DNA of 64,000 nt from Candidatus Omnitrophota bacterium. GTDB taxonomy: Bacteria > Omnitrophota > Omnitrophia > Omnitrophales > Aquincolibacteriaceae. Position numbers and translations under genes: made by a program. The notes under the pieces were generated by a model. That model saw nothing but the letters and a program-made list of their open reading frames with translations. It was not told the DNA's origin and made no database searches. The stretch covers positions 148,016-212,015 of the forward strand of contig JAUYMS010000030.1 of the NCBI GenBank assembly GCA_030698625.1. The letters are read 5' to 3'. Positions 20,336-28,863 of this stretch are shown piece by piece; position 1 is the stretch's first letter; each line of letters starts with the position of its first letter.

Positions 20336-23300
20336 ATGAGCAGACTGAGCTTCAAAAAAACGATCGCAGTGATGGCTTTCCTCTGTATGGTTGTTACTCA
20401 AGGGCTGCCTTTTGGCTGGTCTGAGACATGGCAACCGCCCGAAGATGATGTCAACACGCCGACCACTTCTGCGAATGAAGAACCGGCCCCGACGCCCACT
20501 CCCGTTCCTCCGAATCCGAACGACCCTAGTTTGAGTCCGCTCGCAGCCGATGACCGCATTCATACGCTAGATAAGGAAGGCAACGAGGTCACTCTCGGAG
20601 ACAGCACCGGAGGGCTCAGAGTGGAAGCGGTCTCTTTTACGGACGGCGCCGTGTTTGAAATAGATCCTGAGAATCCCGACTTGAGAGTCGTGACCGAAAC
20701 CGACGGGTCCATGCGCAGATACTCCCATATATGGGAAGTGAATTGGGAGACAACCACCTGTCCCCCTAATTCGGGGATGTGTATGGGAATGGCTTCGTCG
20801 GTGACGGCTCCATCACCGGCGAGCGTGCCCTTATATAGAGGCACCTACACTTACGAACTTGATGACGGCACGCGCATCACGAAGATGACCGAGATAAGGG
20901 GCATTCCTCTGGTCGGGGAGCCCGAAGACAATACCCTTGAGGCGATTGTCGCCCGGCACCGCGCAGAGTTGGAGAGCCTATTCAAGAATGCCCATATGGA
21001 AATCCCGGAAAGTGAAATCGATCGTCTGGACCTCGCCGCAACGGACGAGCGCTTGAAAGTCTATTTCGAAATGGCGGCCGCTATCCTTGAGCATTTAAAA
21101 GAAGCGTTAATCGCCACAGGGCATATGAACCCGATGATCTTAGGCGGGGGGCCGGACGAAGCCGTGGCACTCGAAAGCTTTGCAAGCCGGGAGATGGGGA
21201 AGCTTTACCGCCGTGTCATGGCGCTGGCAATTAGGCAGGCGATGGCTCTCGGCGACGGCGACCCGGTTCACCTGGTGCATAAGACCTACGAACTCGCGGC
21301 TGTGCTGCATACCAAGCTATTGCGCGAAGGGCTTTATTACACTCACAGTGATGACGGGGGTCTTTATGGCTACGACGCCTCGAGAATTGCAGAGGCCATG
21401 CCCGGAATCTCTGCAGCGATGGTTCATGGCCTCGCGGCTTCCGGCGACGGCAGCTACTTTTTCCAGAAATTCAGTTTTGTGATGTACAGCCTGGCGGCCG
21501 GAGTCTCACCCCGAGGCGTGCGTGATCTTGTCCTGCGCATTATCGATTTCTACAATGTCGACCTCTTAAGTTTTGACGACCACGGCTCCTATATTGATCC
21601 GGAAAAATTCGGGCTTGCTGTGCTCGGCCAGCTCGAACCCCTGCCGGAGCCGACACCGATGCCGACACCGGAACCGACTCCCATGCCGACTCCGATGCCG
21701 GAGCCGACACCTGAGCCCACACCGGAACCAACACCGATGCCGACGCCGGAACCGATGCCGACACCGACGCCGATACCGGAGCCGACTCCGATGCCCACAC
21801 CCGGTCCCGATCCTGATGACGATGATTACATTGATATCGCGATCAAGAGAACCGTATGCCCCTCCGACGACCGCATGGGCATGCCTTGCTGGCAGGAAGA
21901 CCTGCCTTATGACATGACCGGTCTCGTCGAGATCAGCAGGTATGAGAAAACGGAAATCATAGGTTCTCAACTCATCATTACGGTTTACATTCGCGCGACT
22001 CGCGGGCTGACCCCGCAGCTGGAGCCTGAGCAAAATCGCGAGGTCGACGTCTCAAGGTTCCTGCCGACGGAGTTTACCCTGACGGCCAGTAGTGAGAGCG
22101 GCAGTGAGCTATTCTTTCACGCCGGCTCCGGCACGGGAACTATGCTGGAACTCGGCAAGGAGCGCACTAGTGACACCACCTGGCAATTTACAATTCTCTA
22201 TATACCCGATCCAGCTCTTGAGGGAGAGCGGGTCGAGTGGACCTGGCAGGTTTCTGCCGGAGAGGTTACTTCCGACCCTGCCATAATCACCATGATCTAC
22301 CACGATGACCGGCCGGGTGCCAATTCCGCGGCCGATCTCCTGGCAGATCATATGAAAGAGAAAGTGATTATGAGTCTGGGGCAGCCGATAGAGGGTTTTA
22401 CAAAGGAGATGCTCCAAGCCGTTTTCTCGGGCCTGATGCCTGAGGACTTTAATTTGGTCGATACCGCGCTGGGGATCTTTCGCTTTGAAGACGGCGTACT
22501 CCGGCTCGACATGAACACCTCCGGTATTATGCATTCAGGTTATGACAGCCTCACCGACGCAGGTTTGCAGAGACTGGCTGAAAATATATCTCAAAGGTTA
22601 GGGATACCGCTCGACGGAGACGGAGTGTTCGACGAGATTCTCGCGAACCTCGGCGGAATCTTGCCGCAACCGACACCGCAGCCCGTTCCCAACACAAAGC
22701 CGGTGGCGAACCTCTATGAAACATCGGGTATTTCGCGTACGCAACCCTCGACCCACTGGTTGACGGGCACCGACGAAGACGCGGACATGCTGGAAGCCAT
22801 GTGGTACCAGGCATTCAACTCGGAGTTGGGATGGGGTGAATTTACGGGTAATACCAGACGATCCGACGACGGAAAAACGACCGAATTCGAGATGATCTTT
22901 CATCCCAACAATCCGCCCGAGAAAGGCAACGGCGACTTTGCGGTTGCGACTTGGCGTGTTACCGACGGCATGGAAACTTCAGACCAGCAAAAAGTAAAAC
23001 TCTTCTTCAGTAATGAGAAAGACAAGCGAGGTCAAGACGACGGCTCAGGAGAAGGCGAAAGTAGCGGCTCCGGTTTTACGAGGTCGCATCTCGATGTGAA
23101 CGGGGATGGTGTTGTGGATGTAAGTGACCTTTACGTTATGGTTAATCAGGGGGTTCAGGTCAATGAAGACTTAAACGGCGACGGAGTCATTAATCAAGAG
23201 GATACCGACATTGCTCTGCAACAGCTCTTCACCGCGCTTCATAAGCGGCCTTGTAAGAATATGTGGGGCTATTGCGACGACGAGACGGATGTAGATCCGA

Positions 23301-24010
23301 CACCGACGTCAACGCCGTGGGAAACGCCGACACCTACACCGTGGGAAGAAATACCGACACCTACGCCTTTCGAAACGCCGACCCCGACGCCGGATTACAA
23401 TGACGGTACGTGGGAAATAGACCAATGTACCTCCGGCGCACTGCTGTGGAATGATGACGGCTCCTATACCGACACGACTGAGTGCACCTACAAGAAAAAG
23501 AAAGCCCGTGAGGAGATAACACCGACACCCACACCGAACGACGGTGATTTAATCTGCTCGCCCGGCATGATCGATCCTGACGGGACTGACCACACGACCT
23601 GCACCCGCGCGATGCCGAGCATTGCAAGCGTTCTGAAGATGCCTCATCGTATCGCGAATATTTTTGCGACTCTTCGCACGTTGAGCCCGCACAGCATTAT
23701 GGAAGGCATGGGGCATCAGATTGCCAGGGAGCAGCGAATGCAGCAAATGTACGAGAATCAGGGACGCGCCGATAAATCCGAAGAAGACGACGAAAAGCCT
23801 CCTATGCATTTCGCAGCCTACGCCCCGGTAATGCCCGTTATTTCACCGGTACAGCCCAGAGTCGAGCCGGCCTACCATGAGTATCGCCGCGCCTTTCATA
23901 GCCTGCGGTCTGCGATGACCCGATTCAACTCAGCCTGGAGCATGCTGAGCTCTGCCATGCAGATGAGCCTACGCTACCAGCGCGACCTCGAGAAACACTC
24001 CGAAAGCTAA
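20336..24010 (+). CDS. large secreted protein (1,224 aa) with Pro/Thr-rich linkers and a dockerin-type double Ca-binding repeat
   Basis: Signal peptide [29 protein letters not shown]. (PEPTPMPTP)n linker at about 21640-21830 and [18 protein letters not shown] at about 23290-23400. Dockerin-like [14 protein letters not shown]...[12 protein letters not shown] at about 23090-23230. Sits 127 nt downstream of the giant ORF on the same strand. Confidence 0.8.
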   Translation: MSRLSFKKTIAVMAFLCMVVTQGLPFGWSETWQPPEDDVNTPTTSANEEPAPTPTPVPPNPNDPSLSPLAADDRIHTLDKEGNEVTLGDSTGGLRVEAVSFTDGAVFEIDPENPDLRVVTETDGSMRRYSHIWEVNWETTTCPPNSGMCMGMASSVTAPSPASVPLYRGTYTYELDDGTRITKMTEIRGIPLVGEPEDNTLEAIVARHRAELESLFKNAHMEIPESEIDRLDLAATDERLKVYFEMAAAILEHLKEALIATGHMNPMILGGGPDEAVALESFASREMGKLYRRVMALAIRQAMALGDGDPVHLVHKTYELAAVLHTKLLREGLYYTHSDDGGLYGYDASRIAEAMPGISAAMVHGLAASGDGSYFFQKFSFVMYSLAAGVSPRGVRDLVLRIIDFYNVDLLSFDDHGSYIDPEKFGLAVLGQLEPLPEPTPMPTPEPTPMPTPMPEPTPEPTPEPTPMPTPEPMPTPTPIPEPTPMPTPGPDPDDDDYIDIAIKRTVCPSDDRMGMPCWQEDLPYDMTGLVEISRYEKTEIIGSQLIITVYIRATRGLTPQLEPEQNREVDVSRFLPTEFTLTASSESGSELFFHAGSGTGTMLELGKERTSDTTWQFTILYIPDPALEGERVEWTWQVSAGEVTSDPAIITMIYHDDRPGANSAADLLADHMKEKVIMSLGQPIEGFTKEMLQAVFSGLMPEDFNLVDTALGIFRFEDGVLRLDMNTSGIMHSGYDSLTDAGLQRLAENISQRLGIPLDGDGVFDEILANLGGILPQPTPQPVPNTKPVANLYETSGISRTQPSTHWLTGTDEDADMLEAMWYQAFNSELGWGEFTGNTRRSDDGKTTEFEMIFHPNNPPEKGNGDFAVATWRVTDGMETSDQQKVKLFFSNEKDKRGQDDGSGEGESSGSGFTRSHLDVNGDGVVDVSDLYVMVNQGVQVNEDLNGDGVINQEDTDIALQQLFTALHKRPCKNMWGYCDDETDVDPTPTSTPWETPTPTPWEEIPTPTPFETPTPTPDYNDGTWEIDQCTSGALLWNDDGSYTDTTECTYKKKKAREEITPTPTPNDGDLICSPGMIDPDGTDHTTCTRAMPSIASVLKMPHRIANIFATLRTLSPHSIMEGMGHQIAREQRMQQMYENQGRADKSEEDDEKPPMHFAAYAPVMPVISPVQPRVEPAYHEYRRAFHSLRSAMTRFNSAWSMLSSAMQMSLRYQRDLEKHSES

Positions 24011-24059
24011 CCTCTCCTTACTGTTGTGGTAGAATTGCGTCACAAAACAGAGGGAAGCA

Positions 24060-24902
24060 ATGGCTGCCAAAAAATTATCAGAACTCATCAGTGAGCACGA
24101 GACCGCGAAGGGCCGCTGGGTACTAACCGGGGATCACGAGGTTTATTACCGTGAAAGACGCGGTAAAAAGGAGGCCGTGATTAAGGGGGCGCTCGTGGCG
24201 GCACAGCCTGATGCGCTTGTGATTTCGGTGACGGTGCGTGAGAGTGAGAAGCGCACGGTAACCGGGCTTGTGAATCTCGCAGGGAAGTGGGAGCTCGACT
24301 CTAAAAACCGGATTACGTTTTTGGTGAGGCGCGGTTCTGCGCGCGGTGACAAGCTTCGGTTTCAGGGCGCGTGGGAGGTGAATAAGCACCACGAGGTTAT
24401 CTATACCTATGAAGCCCGTGCGGCCCGGCATCAACTTGTATTCAAGGGGCATTGGGATATTACGGCCAAGAACCGGCTGACCTATGTTTTGGGCACGGGT
24501 TCTGAGGCCGCCTTCCGTTTCCGCGGCACGTTTCAGAGCGCAAGCCTCGGCGCCAAAGCCGGCGAAATACGTTACCAGGCGGGCATTGAGTTCCAATCGA
24601 AGCGGGGGGCGTGGAAGCGGATCAGCAGGACGATTATACTTTTTGGGAAGTGGAAATTATCACGCGCCCTTGCCCTGGATTTCGAGATTACATATGCGGG
24701 CGGCCGCAGGTCTAGTATCGCGGTGGGGGCTGTCCTTGCCGACAAATTTACGGTTCGTCTCCTGAGCAAAAGCGGTGCCCCGCTCGGCCTGGAACTTACG
24801 CTCACGAAAGATTTTTTCAGAGGCCGCGCCAAGGCCTTTTCGCGTTTTTCGCGAACTGCGACTGCCCAGGCCCTCGAGGCCGGGGTTACGATTCCGTGGT
24901 AG
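24060..24902 (+). CDS. hypothetical protein (280 aa) with five Gly-Trp beta-hairpin-like repeats; last gene of the giant-protein operon
   Basis: ORF 50 nt after the upstream stop. Repeats GRWVLTGDHEVYYRE / GKWELDSKNRITFLVRR / GAWEVNKHHEVIYTYE / GHWDITAKNRLTYVLGT / GKWKLSRALALDFEITY. No signal peptide; no known family recognised. Confidence 0.6.
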   Translation: MAAKKLSELISEHETAKGRWVLTGDHEVYYRERRGKKEAVIKGALVAAQPDALVISVTVRESEKRTVTGLVNLAGKWELDSKNRITFLVRRGSARGDKLRFQGAWEVNKHHEVIYTYEARAARHQLVFKGHWDITAKNRLTYVLGTGSEAAFRFRGTFQSASLGAKAGEIRYQAGIEFQSKRGAWKRISRTIILFGKWKLSRALALDFEITYAGGRRSSIAVGAVLADKFTVRLLSKSGAPLGLELTLTKDFFRGRAKAFSRFSRTATAQALEAGVTIPW

Positions 24903-24917
24903 GCTACCCCCCTAAGA

Positions 24918-24945
24918 TTGACATTATTCGTCCCTCCTCTATAAT
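24918..24945 (+). promoter_or_regulatory. sigma70-type promoter (TTGACA-N16-TATAAT) for tRNA-Phe
   Basis: Perfect consensus -35 and -10 hexamers with a 16-nt spacer, ending 20 nt upstream of the mature tRNA 5' end. Confidence 0.6.
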
Positions 24946-24965
24946 GCGTGGATTAGCCTCACTGA

Positions 24966-25038
24966 GGGCAGGTAGCTCAGTCGGTAGAGCAAGGGACTGA
25001 AAATCCCTGTGTCGGGGGTTCAATTCCCTCCCTGCCCA
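24966..25038 (+). tRNA. tRNA-Phe(GAA): tRNA-Phe (anticodon GAA); CCA not encoded
   Basis: Cloverleaf fits: acceptor GGGCAGG/CCTGCCC, D-arm GCTC-AGTCGGTA-GAGC, anticodon stem AGGGA/TCCCT with loop CTGAAAA, T-arm GGGGG-TTCAATT-CCCTC, discriminator A. Confidence 0.9.
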
Positions 25039-25081
25039 TATCTAACCTTAATACCGCACTACTGTTAAAAGAAACTGCCCT

Positions 25082-26050
25082 ATGAAGTATTCGATCGGCA
25101 TTGACATCGGCGGTACCAAAATCGCCATCGCTCTCGGCAACAGCCGGGGCAGGATCCTCGCACGCCGCCTCCTGACAACCCGAACCGGCGCCGAGACCCG
25201 CGCCTGCATTCAAGAGATTTCAGAGCACATCAAAAATTTGATCAGCAAATGCCCCGGCGGTAAAAGAAAAATTACCGGCATCGGTGTGGGCGTGCCCGGT
25301 GCGGTCAACTCGAAGACCGGCGTTGTGCCGCGCTCACCCCACATGAAAGGTTGGCAGGGGATCAAGCTCGCAAAGATTCTCAAAGCGAATTCGGGCCTGC
25401 CTGTGCTTCTCGGTAACGATGCCAACGCCGCGGCTCTGGCCGAGATGCATTTTGGTTTGGGCAAAAACACAAAAGACTTTATTTATATCACGGTGAGTAC
25501 GGGCGTGGGCGGCGGCCTGGTGGTGAATGGGCGTCTCGTGGAAGGCGCGAATTATGTCGGCGGTGAGATAGGCCACATGACAGTCGTGCGCGGCGGTAAC
25601 CTTTGCAATTGCGGCAAGCGCGGTTGTCTTGAAGCCTATGCCTCAGGCACGGCCGTGGCACGCTATGTCGAGCGCGCCGTGCGGGCGGGGAGGCGGTCCG
25701 TTCTTGCCGCGCAAGTAAAACGCCGCGAACCTTTAGCCGCCCGCAACGTGGGTAAGGCCATCAGGCTCCATAACGACCGCCTCGCCAGAGAGTCTTATCG
25801 TGTTGCCGGCGAGTACCTCGGCCTCGGCCTCGCCAATCTCCTTAATATATTGAACCCCTCAGTCGTGAGCCTCGGCGGAGGCGTCTGGAAATCCGCGCCG
25901 CCGGAATTCGGCAAGGCCATGCGCGCCAGCTGCAAACGCGAAGCCTGGCCCGAAGCCTATCGCAGTGTCCGCATCCTGCACTCTAAGTTGGGCGCCCATG
26001 TCGGCGACCTCGGCGCCATTGCCCTCGGGTTTCAAGCCGCAAATGCCTGA
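25082..26050 (+). CDS. ROK-family sugar kinase (glucokinase-like)
   Basis: N-terminal GIDIGGTKIAIAL ATP-binding motif and the ROK zinc motif GHMTVVRGGNLCNCGKRGCLEAYASG. Confidence 0.85.
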   Translation: MKYSIGIDIGGTKIAIALGNSRGRILARRLLTTRTGAETRACIQEISEHIKNLISKCPGGKRKITGIGVGVPGAVNSKTGVVPRSPHMKGWQGIKLAKILKANSGLPVLLGNDANAAALAEMHFGLGKNTKDFIYITVSTGVGGGLVVNGRLVEGANYVGGEIGHMTVVRGGNLCNCGKRGCLEAYASGTAVARYVERAVRAGRRSVLAAQVKRREPLAARNVGKAIRLHNDRLARESYRVAGEYLGLGLANLLNILNPSVVSLGGGVWKSAPPEFGKAMRASCKREAWPEAYRSVRILHSKLGAHVGDLGAIALGFQAANA

Positions 26051-26972
26051 AGCGCTTGCAGAAAGCCTGAAGTCATACAACTCACTGCGCCAGGCAGTAC
26101 GACAAGCCATCCGCCTCGGGCGCACCCGCGCCGAAGCCGCCGTTGAGCAGGAGAAGGTGCGCACTTCGTGGGAGGTGGGCCGCCTGATTCTTACCCATGT
26201 TCTCGAGCATCAGGGCCGAGGCGAATACGGAGAGGCTGTTATTCGCAGGCTGGGGCATGATCTGGTGATCAGCATCCGCGAGCTCCAGTACATGGTTGAA
26301 TTTGCAAGGACATACCCGAATGTGCGGCCGGCCGCACATTTGAGTTGGTCGCATTATCAGGCGCTTTTGCGGATAAATGATCCTAATAAAAGAAAAGCGC
26401 TGGCTCTCGAAGCTTCTCAAAAAGGTTGGACGCGCAAGCGCCTGCGTTCGGCAATCGGGCGGGGCAAGGAAGCGGCCGGGAGCGCATTCACTGCGCATGC
26501 AATGATGGTTCCGACCCAGCCCGGAAAGCCGGGCACCTACCGCATCCTGGAAGCAAAAGCGGGCCCGTATAAGGGACAGTTCGTCTACGACCTCGGCTTC
26601 TCAAACTATTACCGCCCGGCACGAGCCTTACGCCGCCCGAAAGCAAAACCGCCCGAACAGGACTTATTCACATACAAAGCCTTCGTCACCGCCGTCATCG
26701 ACGGCGACACACTGTGGGCCTCAATCGACCTCGGCTTCGGCTTCACCACCAAACAAAAACTAAGACTGCGTGCACTCGACGCCCCCGAGCTAGGCTCAAA
26801 GCCCGGCCGCCTCGCCAAGAACTATCTCGCACGCAAACTAAAACCCGCAACCCCCGTCATCATCAAAACCACCAAATCCGACAAATTCGACCGCTACCTC
26901 GCCGACATCTGGCACGAAGGCGAACACCTCAATAAAACCCTGGTGGCCAAGGGCTATGCGCGGGTGGTGTGA
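26043..26972 (+). CDS. DUF1016 (YhcG-like) N-terminal domain fused to a staphylococcal-nuclease (SNase/thermonuclease) domain
   Basis: ATG overlaps the ROK stop by 8 nt. N-terminal SWSHYQALLRINDPNKRKALALEASQKGWTRKRLRSAI resembles the DUF1016 N-terminal domain. C-terminal FVTAVIDGDTLWA...LRALDAPELGSKPG...DKFDRYLADIW has the SNase signature. Confidence 0.7.
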   Translation: MPEALAESLKSYNSLRQAVRQAIRLGRTRAEAAVEQEKVRTSWEVGRLILTHVLEHQGRGEYGEAVIRRLGHDLVISIRELQYMVEFARTYPNVRPAAHLSWSHYQALLRINDPNKRKALALEASQKGWTRKRLRSAIGRGKEAAGSAFTAHAMMVPTQPGKPGTYRILEAKAGPYKGQFVYDLGFSNYYRPARALRRPKAKPPEQDLFTYKAFVTAVIDGDTLWASIDLGFGFTTKQKLRLRALDAPELGSKPGRLAKNYLARKLKPATPVIIKTTKSDKFDRYLADIWHEGEHLNKTLVAKGYARVV

Positions 26973-27162
26973 TGTGGGCCGGTATCTCAGGCCTGTCCCT
27001 GTGGGGACTGTCCCCAATATTCAAATGGTCTTTACGCTAACTAGCGTATATCAACGCGAGGCTTGGCGGATAAGCGGAGAAAAGTCATAGGAGTTATACT
27101 CACTTATACCAAATGTATGATATAAGTATATATAACTAGATACAACTCAAAAGGAGCTCACT

Positions 27163-28341
27163 TTGGATGCAATGAAAAATCCTTTTTCTCCGGGCGCAGG
27201 TACACCCCCACCAGAGCTTGTCGGTCGTGAAAAGATTCTTGAACAGGCTAGAGTTTTACTAGGGAGGGTAAAGCTCAAACGCTCTGAAAAGAGTATGATA
27301 CTTGTTGGGCTGCGAGGCGTCGGAAAGACTGTGCTTCTAAACGAAATAGCCCGGCAAGCTGCAAAAGCACACTATCTTACTGTGCCTCTCGAAGCACCCG
27401 AAAGCAAACCCTTAGCCGTATTATTAGCCCCGCACTTAAGGACGCTTCTTTTTCAATTGAAAATGAGCGAAAAGGTTCGTCGTGGCCTCAGAGTCCTAAA
27501 GAGTTTTGTGGGCGCCATTAAAGTCAAAGTGTCAGAGATAGAAATTGGATTAGATATTGATCCTATACGTGGCTCGGCCGATAGCGGTGATCTAGAAGCT
27601 GATCTCTCAGCTTTGTTTATAGCCGTTGCCGAAGCAGCGCAAGAACGTAAAACTGTTATTGCGTTATTGGTGGATGAAATTCAGTATTTATCCGAGCAGG
27701 AATTAAGTGCAATTATTATGGCAATGCACAGAATGCAGCAACTTCAGCTGCCGTTAGTTTTAATTGGTGCGGGATTACCAATTTTGACCAGACTGGCGGG
27801 GGAGTCCAAATCTTATGCTGAACGGCTTTTTGATTTTCCAAAAATTGGACCATTGTCACCTACCGATGCTCACAAGGCATTGCTTGATCCTGTCGAAGAC
27901 GCTGGTGCCGAATTTGCCGCGGATGCAATTGGTAAAATTGTCGGCTTGACAAAAGGGTACCCTTATTTTGTTCAAGAATGGGGTTATCAGGCATGGAACC
28001 ATGCATCGGAGCCGCGTATTACCTTAGCTAATGTCCAAACTGCAACCAAAAAGGTTCTGCAGCGACTCGACGACAATTTCTTTCGGGTACGTTTTGATCG
28101 GTTAACTCCGAGAGAAAAAGATTTTATGAGAGCAATGGCCGAGCTGGGTTCCGGTGCGCAACGCATCAGTGATATTGCTGAGGTTCTCGGCAATAAAGTT
28201 AGTAGTCTCGGTCCGATGAGGGCCAAACTGATGCATAAAGGTATGATATATAGTCCCGAATATGGTGACATGGCTTTTACAGTTCCGCTTTTCGATCAGT
28301 TTATGTGCCGCGTCATCCCAAAAATGCGTTTTAAAAAATAA
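27163..28341 (+). CDS. AAA-family ATPase (ORC/Cdc6-like 'archaeal ATPase' type ATP-binding protein)
   Basis: Walker A LVGLRGVGKTVLLNEI and Walker B VIALLVDEIQYL. Preceded by an AT-rich promoter-like region (27060-27160) and an AGGAG RBS. The track start is TTG at 27163; an in-frame ATG lies at 27172. Confidence 0.7.
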   Translation: MDAMKNPFSPGAGTPPPELVGREKILEQARVLLGRVKLKRSEKSMILVGLRGVGKTVLLNEIARQAAKAHYLTVPLEAPESKPLAVLLAPHLRTLLFQLKMSEKVRRGLRVLKSFVGAIKVKVSEIEIGLDIDPIRGSADSGDLEADLSALFIAVAEAAQERKTVIALLVDEIQYLSEQELSAIIMAMHRMQQLQLPLVLIGAGLPILTRLAGESKSYAERLFDFPKIGPLSPTDAHKALLDPVEDAGAEFAADAIGKIVGLTKGYPYFVQEWGYQAWNHASEPRITLANVQTATKKVLQRLDDNFFRVRFDRLTPREKDFMRAMAELGSGAQRISDIAEVLGNKVSSLGPMRAKLMHKGMIYSPEYGDMAFTVPLFDQFMCRVIPKMRFKK

Positions 28342-28350
28342 CCAACAGAA

Positions 28351-28440
28351 CCCTGTACCCCTTCCAAACCCTGTACCCCTTCCAGAAGTGCCGGGTTAAA
28401 AGTGAATAGACCGGACGCCGTCCGGCGGGGAAGGGTAAGG
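28351..28440. repeat. composite intergenic repeat: tandem 18-nt CCCTGTACCCCTTCCA(A/G)A units, then AAGTGCCGGGTTAAAAG, then a REP-like hairpin ACCGGACGCCGTCCGGCGGGGAAGGGTAAGG flanked by an inverted AGTGAAT/ATTCACT repeat
   Basis: Read directly from the sequence. Related copies are at 32456-32484 and 36290-36306 (hairpin part) and at 47601-47648 (CCTTCCGGAAGTGCCGGGTTAAAA + CCTGTACCCCTTCC part). Confidence 0.6.
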
Positions 28441-28485
28441 CGTCCCGTAAATTCACTGAAATCGATAAACAAAGGAGATGAGGCT

Positions 28486-28770
28486 ATGGCAAGATTTATT
28501 ATTCGACATCGTGTTTCAGACTATGATCGTTGGAAAAAGGCTTACGCGGCACATGGGGCCGTCCGGGCTCAGAACGGGTTTAAAAAAAGCGTGGTGCATC
28601 GGTATGTGGATGATCCCAACCATTTGATTATCCTTTTCGATGTGGACGACGTTGAAAAGGCAAAGACCTTTGCCGCCGATCCGGCGTTAGCGCAAAAAAT
28701 GAAGGAAGCCGGGGTCATTGATGAACCGAAGTTTTTTTATCTCGATGACGGTGAAACCTTTCCGAACTAA
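28486..28770 (+). CDS. small hypothetical protein (94 aa), possibly an ABM/Dabb-like fold
   Basis: ATG with an AAGGAG RBS 9 nt upstream. The track ORF begins earlier at 28402 but that stretch overlaps the REP-like repeat. Family assignment is tentative. Confidence 0.5.
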   Translation: MARFIIRHRVSDYDRWKKAYAAHGAVRAQNGFKKSVVHRYVDDPNHLIILFDVDDVEKAKTFAADPALAQKMKEAGVIDEPKFFYLDDGETFPN

Positions 28771-28863
28771 AAGATCTATACCAATAGTAAAGGGGCCAGG
28801 TTGGGGCAATAAACGAAATAATGGGTAGATATAGATGACAGGTGTAGGCAGCGGCCTTTCTAA

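Noticed and set aside
21540-22033. ORFs 21540-21800 (-), 21566-22033 (-), 21573-21917 (+), 21589-21798 (-) with highly repetitive translations (RCRHR…, GIGVGSG…)
   Set aside because: These are alternative-frame readings of the Pro/Thr-linker tandem repeat within the 20336-24010 gene.
28402-28485. 5' extension of ORF 28402-28770 (MNRPDAVRRGRVRRPVNSL…)
   Set aside because: The extension is the translation of the REP-like hairpin repeat (ACCGGACGCCGTCCGG…). The true start is the ATG at 28486, which has an AAGGAG RBS.
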